Source: Fidelibacterota bacterium (lineage in GTDB: Bacteria > Fidelibacterota > Fidelibacteria > Fidelibacterales > DSDE01). Taken from it: DNA of 17,329 nt. The stretch covers positions 1 through 17,329 of the forward strand of contig JBJKQR010000056.1 in NCBI GenBank assembly GCA_046735395.1, given 5' to 3'. Shown here piece by piece: positions 8,119 through 17,329 of this stretch. A model generated the notes under the pieces. That model made no database searches and was not told the origin of the DNA. It worked only from the letters and a program-made list of their open reading frames with translations. The translations under genes and the position numbers were made by a program. The first letter of the stretch is position 1; each line of letters starts with the position of its first letter.

Positions 8119-8955
8119 ATGTCGAATGGATCAGCGGGAGGATTGGAAATACTGGGAAAAACCGCAACCTGGACGGCTGCAGTACGTTCTCTGGAAAGCG
8201 CACGGACTGATGCCCTGTTTCAGGATCCCTATGCCCGGAAACTGGCGGGTGAGACGGGACTGACATGGCTGAACCAGCGCTCTCCCCTGACTGTTCTCCC
8301 CATTGTGATCAGGACGAAATTCTTTGATGACTGGCTGATGAGCTGCACAGGGAATGAATCCGTCCGTCAGGTTGTCTTTCCCGGTGCCGGACTGGATACG
8401 CGGGCGTTTCGCCTTGACTGGCCGGCGGGCACAGTCGTCTTCGAACTTGATCAGCCCGAAGTACTGGCTTATAAGAATAATATCATCTCCGGACAGAATG
8501 GGAAAAATTGCCGCCGGGTCGTTGTGGCTGCCGATCTGCGGGATTCATGGCGTGAAGCGCTTGTCAATGCGGGATTTGAACCGTCCCGTCCGTCCCTGTG
8601 GCTGCTGGAGGGTTTTCTGTTCTACCTTGATCCGGCGAGCATCACTGCTATTCTTGATTCGGTGTCGGAACTGGCCTGCCCGGGAAGCGGTCTGGGCTTT
8701 GACATTATTAACAGTGAAATGCTCCGGTCACCCCTGACCCGGGACTGGGTGGAAATGCAGGCTAAATCCGGAGCTCCCTGGCTTGGGACAATGGATGATC
8801 CGGTTAATTTTGTCGGTACCCGCGGGTGGGCGGCGGAACTTTCACAGGCGGGAGCTGAAAATGCCGAATATGGCCGCTGGCCCTATCCCGTGATTCCGGT
8901 TGAGATGCCTTCAATGCCCCATAACTGGTATGTGACGGCTGCGAAGATTCGTTAA
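8119..8955 (+). CDS. SAM-dependent methyltransferase, leucine carboxyl methyltransferase (LCM/ML2640-like) family
   Basis: GGAGG RBS then ATG 8119. Motifs TAAVRSLES, LFQDPYARKLAG, RTKFFDD, QVVFPGAGLDTRAFRL, FELDQPEVLAYK, ADLR and WLLEGFLFYL. Confidence 0.92.
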   Translation: MSNGSAGGLEILGKTATWTAAVRSLESARTDALFQDPYARKLAGETGLTWLNQRSPLTVLPIVIRTKFFDDWLMSCTGNESVRQVVFPGAGLDTRAFRLDWPAGTVVFELDQPEVLAYKNNIISGQNGKNCRRVVVAADLRDSWREALVNAGFEPSRPSLWLLEGFLFYLDPASITAILDSVSELACPGSGLGFDIINSEMLRSPLTRDWVEMQAKSGAPWLGTMDDPVNFVGTRGWAAELSQAGAENAEYGRWPYPVIPVEMPSMPHNWYVTAAKIR

Positions 8956-9011
8956 GGCAAAATAGTCTTTGTTCAATTGAATTATAAACCCGAAATCGGG
9001 GAAAAAATATA

Positions 9012-9467
9012 TCAGTAGGGAGAATCGGCTGCGTAGGCCAGCTCCGGTTCGCCGTAATCCTCCGGATTTTCCATATGAATCCGTATGGGTTCATCCAGAA
9101 TCCGCTTCAGCATATCCGGGCCGATCCGTTTCCGGAAATGACTGAGTTCACTGGGAACGCAGGGTGCTTTCCACTGGAAGACATCCATCCCGCTGAAATA
9201 CTGCCAGTAGGGATTCTGCCGCCAGTGTTCCATCAGCTCTTCATCGCTTTTGCCGGAGAATTTCTTGAGCCAGAGCAGGCTGATCATCAGCCGGACGGGT
9301 TTGGCCGGGCGCCCCGAATCGGTATAGAAACGGGAAAGTTCCCGTTCGTACCAGGCCCAGTCGCAGGATTCGCTAAATTGCAGCAATTCATCACGGGGGT
9401 CGAGGAGGGCTTCGAGCGTGGTCTCAAAGACATGCATCTGCCGCTGTGATTCCAGATTGCCTCTCAT
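9012..9467 (-). CDS. IS5-family transposase N-terminal domain (DUF772-like) only; no DDE catalytic domain
   Basis: GRPAKPVRLMISLLWLK, SDEELMEHWRQNPYWQYFSG and PSELSHFRKRIG are characteristic of the N-terminus of IS5-family transposases. The ORF ends after 151 aa, where the DDE domain would begin. GGAG RBS present. No terminal inverted repeats recognised. Confidence 0.82.
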   Translation of the reverse strand: MRGNLESQRQMHVFETTLEALLDPRDELLQFSESCDWAWYERELSRFYTDSGRPAKPVRLMISLLWLKKFSGKSDEELMEHWRQNPYWQYFSGMDVFQWKAPCVPSELSHFRKRIGPDMLKRILDEPIRIHMENPEDYGEPELAYAADSPY

Positions 9468-9562
9468 ACCGGTCTCCCTGTCCTCTACTTAGGATTTAAG
9501 AGAATTTTATCGAAAATGAAAGGATAAAAGTCCGCTGTCTCTGTCAGACCGCTGAATGTGTG

Positions 9563-11608
<2,046 letters not shown>

Positions 11609-11703
11609 TCAGACCTGGATAGAAAATTTATTATTGATATCCCGTAAATAAAATGAGATATTTCACTCAATAGGACGAAAAGAACAGTAAATCCGAGGAA
11701 GGT

Positions 11704-12411
11704 ATGAGCCAAAAATCGATTATTGAAGTGTGCGGAACCATATCCAAAGTTGAGGACCTGGGCAACGTACAGGTTCAGGCCCTGCCGAATACACTCGTAC
11801 TGGAATCTCTCCAGCCCTTTTACGGCTATTATGGAGAATATCCGGTGGACGACAAGCCGCGTTTCATGTTTCTGGTGACAGACGAACATTATACGACGGA
11901 TACGGTATCGCGGGCGGTCGAAAATATCCACCAGTATTACAGCGGCAGCTTTGATGCCGTCACCGGTTATGTGGAAATCTATAATGACAAGATGCCTGTT
12001 ATCCGGATTCGCGATCTGGAAGAGGCCGGAAGCCTGGAGGAGATTCAGAGCGGTTTTATCAACGAGGGGATAAAATTCAGAAAAAAAAGAATCAGCGTCG
12101 AACGTCAGGCCGCCATTATCCAGCTTAAAAAAGTTTTTCTGCTGGAGGAGGTTGAAAAGGACCTGTACCTCGATCTGGATGAAGAGGAAATGGGATACTT
12201 CAGAATTCCCGGACGGATCAGCTGGAAAGTATTTGAAAAACATACCATCAGCATCAAATACAACTGGAACGAGAATAATTTTGACGGTGCCCTCGGAACA
12301 CTTTTTCGCCACAGCGGCCTTCAGGATATGATTCGTATCTACAAGAAGGGGATTGATACGGATTATCTCCGTGAACTCCGGGACCGCTATATGAGCCGAC
12401 TCGCTCTGTAA
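11704..12411 (+). CDS. Hypothetical soluble protein
   Basis: 235 aa ORF divergent from ligA, with purine-rich RBS (GAGGAAGG), globular composition and a terminator downstream. No domain recognised. Confidence 0.8.
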   Translation: MSQKSIIEVCGTISKVEDLGNVQVQALPNTLVLESLQPFYGYYGEYPVDDKPRFMFLVTDEHYTTDTVSRAVENIHQYYSGSFDAVTGYVEIYNDKMPVIRIRDLEEAGSLEEIQSGFINEGIKFRKKRISVERQAAIIQLKKVFLLEEVEKDLYLDLDEEEMGYFRIPGRISWKVFEKHTISIKYNWNENNFDGALGTLFRHSGLQDMIRIYKKGIDTDYLRELRDRYMSRLAL

Positions 12412-12439
12412 CCCGTTTATATTACATAAATTATTGAAC

Positions 12440-12472
12440 ACAGCCGGCAGAATTTGCGGCTGTTTTTTTTTT
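12440..12472 (+). terminator. Intrinsic terminator of the 11704..12411 gene
   Basis: ACAGCC-g-GCA-gaatt-TGC-GGCTGT stem-loop followed by a long T run, lying between convergent genes. Confidence 0.75.
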
Positions 12473-12473
12473 A

Positions 12474-14537
12474 TCAGCCGAGAACCATTCGGACCTTCCG
12501 GACCAGATCGGTGGAATTGAAGGGTTTGGGGATGAAATTTTCCAGCTTGCTCAGCTCCTCAAGGGGGATGATGCTGTCGTCGGAATAGCCGGACATATAA
12601 AGAATCTTAGTCCGCGGTTCGGTCGCCATAATATTTTCAGCGAGCAGGTAGCCGTTCATTTCGGGCATGATGACATCTGTTAGAATGAGGTCGTAGGTCC
12701 CTTCTTTTTTCCGGATCATGTCCAGCGCTTCCCGCCCATTTGAGGCATGGCTGCAGCTGTAACCGAAGCGGCTCAGGGATTTTTCGATGAAATCGCGGAC
12801 AAAACTGTCGTCCTCCACGACGAGAATATGTTCACTTCCCATCAGGTCCAGGGTCCGGTTCAGATCGTCCTGAACATCGGATTCGGAGCCCTGGGTGGCC
12901 GGAAGCAGGATGGTGAAGCAGCTGCCTTCACCCGGCGCTGACTGGAGATGGATATAGCCGTGACTCTGGCGGATGATGCCGAAAACAGTACTGAGCCCCA
13001 GTCCGGTTCCCTTGCCTTTCGGCTTGGTCGTGTAGAAGGGTTCGAACACTTTATCCAGTTTGCCGGCCTCGATTCCTATACCTGAATCTTTGACTTTTAT
13101 CTGAATATAGTCTCCGGCCGGAGCTTCGTGAAAGCGGCTGTCCGGTGAATTCAGGGCCAGTCTGTCCGTACTGATGAGGATTTCTCCGCCCTCGGGCATG
13201 GCATCCCGCGCATTGACCACCAGGTTCAGAAGCACCTGTTCCAGCTGTCCCGGGTCGGCCTTGATGAGGGGCAGGTTTTCCTTGAAATCCGTTCGGAGTA
13301 CAATATGCGCGCCGATGAGACGTTTCAGCATTTTGATCATATTACTGATGGTTTCGTTGATATTGAGAATTTTCAGCTGCAGAACCTGTTTGCGGCTGAA
13401 GGCGAGAAGCTGGCGGGTGAGGGCCTGGGCCCGGGTGCCGGCGTCCTCGATTTCCGTCAGCGTATCATACTGCGGGTCCTGAGCCTCCATCTCCATTTTC
13501 ATCAGCTGGGCGTTTCCGGTCATGACCGTGAGAATATTGTTGAAATCATGGGCCACGCCGCCGGCCAGCAGCCCGATGGCTTCCATTTTCTGTGACTGCA
13601 TCAGCGTGGTCTGCAGCTCCCGGTTTTTTTCTTCCGTTTCAATGAGCGGCGTAATATCCAGCATGCTTTCCAGAAAATACTTTTCGTCATTGAAGATAAG
13701 GGGTGAGACGCGTTTGAGTACATGGACGCGCTCCGTTTCATTCCGTTTCAGAATGCAGGGATGGCTGTCAAAATATGTGTCCTCGTCCAGCAGGGGGCAG
13801 CTTCCGTCCGGGGCGCAGCAGTACTGTATGCAGGATTTGCCCGTCAGCTGATCCTTCGGCAGGCCGATGATGTCCGCGGCGCTCTGGTTCACATCCTCAA
13901 TGGTCATGGTTTTCTGATTGATAAGCAGAATTCCGGCCTGCACCGTATCGACCATCTTTTTATAGCGGTAGCGGTTTTCCCGCAGATCTTCCTCGCTTTT
14001 GCGGCGGGTGATGATTTCCGTGCTGAGCTGCTTATTCAGTGCGCCCTGTTCCTTCTGCTTTTCCAGCAGATCGTTCATCTGAAGCTGGATGGCGTCCATC
14101 ATTCCGTCAATGGCCTTCGACAGGTCGCCCACTTCGTCAGACCGGGAAATTTTCAGCCGGTTCCGGTAATTTCCGAGTTTAACGAAATCAAAGATGCTGA
14201 CCATCTGCCGGAGATAGCCGATAATATGCCGCATGTAGGAATAGGCGATGGTGGCGGACACCAGAATGGACAGGAGCAGCAGCAGAATAATATCACGAAT
14301 GTACTTTGTAATGTCCCGCCGGACAGGATTGATAATATTTTCAATGTCCTGCTTCAGGACGGCCTCGTCACTCTGGCCGGCTCCGGTTTTCACATAGCTG
14401 CGAATCCGGTTCTCCAGAAAATTCACCTGGGATTTTACTTCGCTTTCCTGGAAATGCAGGATAATCCACCCCGTGGCAGAGATGATGAGCAGGTTGCTGA
14501 GAAGAATGAGCAGGAGCGTTTTAATTTCTAATTTCAT
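12474..14537 (-). CDS. Membrane-bound hybrid sensor histidine kinase (TM-TM-HAMP-PAS-HisKA-HATPase-REC)
   Basis: Two TM helices; HAMP (SDEVGDLSKAIDGM); PAS; H-box QKMEAIGLLAGGVAHDFNNIL; N-box QVLLNLVVNARDAM; G1 DSGIGI; F/G2 FEPFYTTKPKGKGTGLGL; receiver ILVVEDD...LILTDVIMP...KPF. Confidence 0.95.
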   Translation of the reverse strand: MKLEIKTLLLILLSNLLIISATGWIILHFQESEVKSQVNFLENRIRSYVKTGAGQSDEAVLKQDIENIINPVRRDITKYIRDIILLLLLSILVSATIAYSYMRHIIGYLRQMVSIFDFVKLGNYRNRLKISRSDEVGDLSKAIDGMMDAIQLQMNDLLEKQKEQGALNKQLSTEIITRRKSEEDLRENRYRYKKMVDTVQAGILLINQKTMTIEDVNQSAADIIGLPKDQLTGKSCIQYCCAPDGSCPLLDEDTYFDSHPCILKRNETERVHVLKRVSPLIFNDEKYFLESMLDITPLIETEEKNRELQTTLMQSQKMEAIGLLAGGVAHDFNNILTVMTGNAQLMKMEMEAQDPQYDTLTEIEDAGTRAQALTRQLLAFSRKQVLQLKILNINETISNMIKMLKRLIGAHIVLRTDFKENLPLIKADPGQLEQVLLNLVVNARDAMPEGGEILISTDRLALNSPDSRFHEAPAGDYIQIKVKDSGIGIEAGKLDKVFEPFYTTKPKGKGTGLGLSTVFGIIRQSHGYIHLQSAPGEGSCFTILLPATQGSESDVQDDLNRTLDLMGSEHILVVEDDSFVRDFIEKSLSRFGYSCSHASNGREALDMIRKKEGTYDLILTDVIMPEMNGYLLAENIMATEPRTKILYMSGYSDDSIIPLEELSKLENFIPKPFNSTDLVRKVRMVLG

Positions 14538-14722
14538 AAATCCTGTCCTGATTAGGCGATGGGGGCCATCGGTTATTCATCTGCGGCTGCAGAGACAGTG
14601 AAGAGGTCTGCGTCCTTCCACGGCCGTAAATTTACAAATAAAAATTCCGCAGCCTAACCGCTTTTTTTATTAAAACTCCCCGTCATTTTCCAGGGTGAAT
14701 TTGAAAAGGGCTGACTTTCTGT

Positions 14723-14750
14723 TTGAAAATGTCCCGGGAGATACTAATTT
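14723..14750 (+). promoter_or_regulatory. Putative sigma70-type promoter immediately before the EamA start codon
   Basis: TTGAAA (14723-14728), 16 nt, TAATTT (14745-14750), then 6 nt to ATG 14757. No Shine-Dalgarno in that gap. Confidence 0.4.
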
Positions 14751-14756
14751 CCCGCA

Positions 14757-15653
14757 ATGAAAAATATGGATCGCGCTCTGATTCCGGGCCTGTTGGCGGT
14801 GCTGTTCTGGAGTACGGTTGCCACGGCCTTCAAATTGTCTCTGAAGGGATTAACGCCTTTTCAGCTGCTGGAGATATCCGTGCTGAGCAGCCTGCTCGTG
14901 CTGGGACTTCTGCTGCTGATCCGCGGAAAGCTGCAGGATCTGCGAGCGGTGACGCGAAAGGACTGGCTGCATTTCATTCCCCTGGCGCTGCTCAATCCGG
15001 TCCTCTATTATCAGATATTATTTGTTGCCTATGACCGCCTGCCGGCCCAGACCGCTCAGGTGCTGAATTTCACCTGGCCTCTGATGATTGTTCTGTTCAG
15101 CTGGATAGCCGGCCTGGAGAGATTCAGTCTGAAAAAAGCCGCCGCGCTGCTGCTGAGTTTTGCCGGTACGGCTGTGGTGGTGGGCCTGTTTTCCCGGTCG
15201 GCCTTACCGGATATCGATTCAACGGGCGCTCTGCTGGCCTTTTCCTCATCCTTTGTCTGGGCCGCATTCTGGCTGTTCAGCAAAAAAAACCGCCACGACC
15301 CGGTGCTGTCGCTCTTCTGTATCTTTGTTCCGGCGGCTCTCATGCTGGCCGTGGAATCCATTTTTCGAAGCGATGCTGCGCTGTGGACCCTGTCCTTCGA
15401 ATCGATGATGCCTGCGGTCTATGTGGGCATATTTGAAATGAGCCTGACTTTCAGCCTCTGGCTGACGGCCCTGACCCATACACGAAATACGGCCCTGCTC
15501 AGCAATCTGATCTATCTGTCACCCTTCCTGTCACTTCTGGTGATTCACCGGGTGCTCGGTGAGACGATTCGCATCGAGACTCTGCTGGGTCTGCTGCTTA
15601 TCGTGGTTGGAATTATTCTGCAATGGCATATGAGCCGGGATGCGGAAGGTTAA
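14757..15653 (+). CDS. EamA/DMT-family transporter
   Basis: 298 aa with about 10 TM helices in two repeats. AVLFWSTVATAFK, LLNPVLYY, AQVLNFTWP and LIYLSPFLSLLVIHRVLGE. Confidence 0.92.
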   Translation: MKNMDRALIPGLLAVLFWSTVATAFKLSLKGLTPFQLLEISVLSSLLVLGLLLLIRGKLQDLRAVTRKDWLHFIPLALLNPVLYYQILFVAYDRLPAQTAQVLNFTWPLMIVLFSWIAGLERFSLKKAAALLLSFAGTAVVVGLFSRSALPDIDSTGALLAFSSSFVWAAFWLFSKKNRHDPVLSLFCIFVPAALMLAVESIFRSDAALWTLSFESMMPAVYVGIFEMSLTFSLWLTALTHTRNTALLSNLIYLSPFLSLLVIHRVLGETIRIETLLGLLLIVVGIILQWHMSRDAEG

Positions 15654-15686
15654 TATGAAGGTAACGCCAACGAACAAAGGGAAATT

Positions 15687-16526
15687 ATGAAACAGTATAC
15701 CTGCAGCAAATATCATGGATTGGGGAATGATTATCTTGTAATGGATCCGGCGGAAAATTCCGATCTGCCGGACACGGAGGATATCCGGCGGATCTGTGAC
15801 CGGCATTACGGCTTCGGCAGTGACGGCCTGCTCATCGGGCCTCTGGAAAAGGCCGGGAACACGTTTTCCCTGCGGCTCTATAATCCTGATGGCAGCGAAT
15901 TTGAAAAAAGCGGGAATGGACTGAGGATATTTGCCCGTTATATCCATGACCGGGGCTACGCCTCATCCGGGTCCTTTTTCCTGAAGACGGAACAGGAAAC
16001 GATGGCCGCGGAAATTCTTGATGATAAAAATGTCCGGCTGGAAATCGGCAAGGCAGATTTCAGGAGCAGTGCCCTGCCGGTGTCGGGCCCCGAACGGATT
16101 ATTCTGGGTGAGGAAGTGCTGGTGGAGGACCGGCTCATGAAAATCAACTGTGTATCCGTGGGAAATCCGCATTGTGTCATTTTTCGGGATGCACTGGATC
16201 CGGATGAAGTGATGGAATATGGCCCGGGAGTGGAAAATCATCACATCTTCCCCCGGCGCACCAATGTGCAGTTTGCGAAAGTGATTGACCGGAACCATAT
16301 CGAAATACTGATCTGGGAACGGGGGGCCGGCTATACTCTGGCATCGGGAACCAGCAGTTGTGCGGCGGTTTCCGTCTGTCGCCGGCTCGGATTATGCAGC
16401 GGTGACGTGCGAGTCAGTATGCCGGGCGGCGAACTCAGCGTCCGGGTCGATGACGCGGAACGGATATATCTCACGGGGCCGGTGGAAAAGGTGTTCAGCG
16501 GAACCATGACGCTGACGGGACATTGA
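15687..16526 (+). CDS. dapF: Diaminopimelate epimerase (DapF)-fold protein with both catalytic Cys replaced by Ser
   Basis: KYHGLGNDY, ICDRHYGFGSDG, NPDGSE, VSVGNPHCV, TNVQF, WERGAG, MPGG and LTGP identify the DapF family. The active-site motifs read EKSGNG and TLASGTS instead of CGNG and ACGS/TG. The fold is confident; DAP epimerase activity is not. Confidence 0.85.
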   Translation: MKQYTCSKYHGLGNDYLVMDPAENSDLPDTEDIRRICDRHYGFGSDGLLIGPLEKAGNTFSLRLYNPDGSEFEKSGNGLRIFARYIHDRGYASSGSFFLKTEQETMAAEILDDKNVRLEIGKADFRSSALPVSGPERIILGEEVLVEDRLMKINCVSVGNPHCVIFRDALDPDEVMEYGPGVENHHIFPRRTNVQFAKVIDRNHIEILIWERGAGYTLASGTSSCAAVSVCRRLGLCSGDVRVSMPGGELSVRVDDAERIYLTGPVEKVFSGTMTLTGH

Positions 16527-16554
16527 GACCCGGCTGCCTGAAAGGAGTCTGACG

Positions 16555-17124
16555 ATGACGGGACATATTGCGGGAATGGGAAAATCAAGTTTTTCACTGA
16601 TGGATGGTGAACGACTCTTTGCGGCGATGGGCCTGAAGCCTGGAGATCATATTCTCGATATGGGCTGCGGAAACGGATCCTATCTGAAATTCTTTTATAC
16701 TCAGCTGCAGGGACAGGGCCGTTTTTCGGGCATCGATCTGTGGAAGGAAGGTCTGGAGGAACTGCAGGATTTTGCCGACAGCCACGATCCGGATGCCTTT
16801 TCCCTGTTTCACCGGGACTTCGGAGAAGCCCTGCCCTATGGAGATGGTGAACTTGATTATGTATTTTTATCAACGGTGTTTCATGACATTCATGAGGATG
16901 GCAGTACGGAAGCGGTTCTGGCCGAAATCCGGCGGGTTCTCAAAGCATCGGGAATTCTGGGGATTCATGAATTCAGGAAGCTGGACGGGCCTCCCGGGCC
17001 GCCCCGTTCCATCCGTCTGAGTCCGGATGACGTGGATCATCTGCTGGTCCCGGCCGGTTTTAGGCGGACAGGCTGTGCGGAGACGGGCCCTTATCATTAT
17101 TTTTGTAAATATGAAAAAGCCTGA
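16555..17124 (+). CDS. Class I SAM-dependent methyltransferase
   Basis: Motif I ILDMGCGNG, GIDL, LPY...LDYVFLSTVFHD, EIRRVLKASG. AAAGGAG RBS, 28 bp after the dapF-like stop. Confidence 0.9.
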   Translation: MTGHIAGMGKSSFSLMDGERLFAAMGLKPGDHILDMGCGNGSYLKFFYTQLQGQGRFSGIDLWKEGLEELQDFADSHDPDAFSLFHRDFGEALPYGDGELDYVFLSTVFHDIHEDGSTEAVLAEIRRVLKASGILGIHEFRKLDGPPGPPRSIRLSPDDVDHLLVPAGFRRTGCAETGPYHYFCKYEKA

Positions 17125-17128
17125 GGCT

Positions 17129-17329
17129 TTACTTCGATAATTTTTCCCTGAGCGCAGGCAGGGCTGCTTCCATGCTGCGGTAGCCTTTGGCGATGCTGTT
17201 TTCCGCCTGATGAAAATCGAACATTCTGAGCTGCTTCACATCCGGCCGGATGAGGATGTCGGGCGGGTACAGCTTCATGTTCATCTCCGTAATCCGGTTT
17301 TCCATCATATCAATGCTGCTGCCCAGCAC
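17129..17329 (-). CDS. C-terminus of a patatin-like phospholipase (RssA/NTE family), 5'-truncated by the window edge
   Basis: SSIDMMENRIT...PPDILIRPDV...FDFHQAENSIAKGY matches the typical C-terminal tail of RssA-like patatins. The catalytic motifs lie outside the window. Confidence 0.72.
   Translation of the reverse strand: MLGSSIDMMENRITEMNMKLYPPDILIRPDVKQLRMFDFHQAENSIAKGYRSMEAALPALREKLSK

Noticed and set aside
8989..9007. CCCG-AAAT-CGGG hairpin next to an A run as a terminator
   Set aside because: The stem is only 4-5 bp and the T run is on the wrong side for a convincing intrinsic terminator.
8956..9562. Intact IS5 insertion sequence
   Set aside because: Too short, no DDE domain, and no terminal inverted repeats or target duplication recognised.
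14560..14630. GGACGCAGA...GCAGCCG in the kinase leader (minus strand), reminiscent of a c-di-GMP-I riboswitch
   Set aside because: The GGCAAAC/GNRA-capped P2 stem and the tetraloop receptor are missing. An Infernal search with Rfam RF01051 would settle it.
14757..17124. Canonical staphylopine/pseudopaline metallophore locus
   Set aside because: No CntL nicotianamine synthase or CntM opine dehydrogenase; the methyltransferase is an ordinary class I type.

Overview
Chromosomal window from a moderately GC-rich diderm bacterium. The TonB-dependent receptor, the Wzi-like protein and the HYNG-x-x-W propeller protein suggest an FCB-group lineage, but this is inference only. In order, the window holds: (1) the 3' end of an AT-rich beta-propeller gene; (2) a minus-strand run of PAP2 phosphatase, YghO/bCerS-like GNAT acyltransferase and TonB-dependent receptor, divergent from a Wzi-like outer-membrane protein; (3) two small membrane proteins and an LCM-type methyltransferase behind a perfect palindrome; (4) a stand-alone IS5 transposase N-terminal (DUF772-like) gene with no DDE domain; (5) ligA; (6) a hypothetical protein; (7) an orphan HAMP-PAS hybrid histidine kinase; (8) an EamA transporter, DapF-fold enzyme and class I methyltransferase in a probable operon; (9) the 3' end of a patatin-like gene. 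No rRNA, tRNA, CRISPR array or intact mobile element was seen. The two most interesting signals are a DapF homologue with both catalytic cysteines replaced by serine, set between an exporter and a methyltransferase, and a ceramide-synthase-like GNAT next to a lipid phosphatase. All family assignments come from motif recognition by eye; no database search was run.
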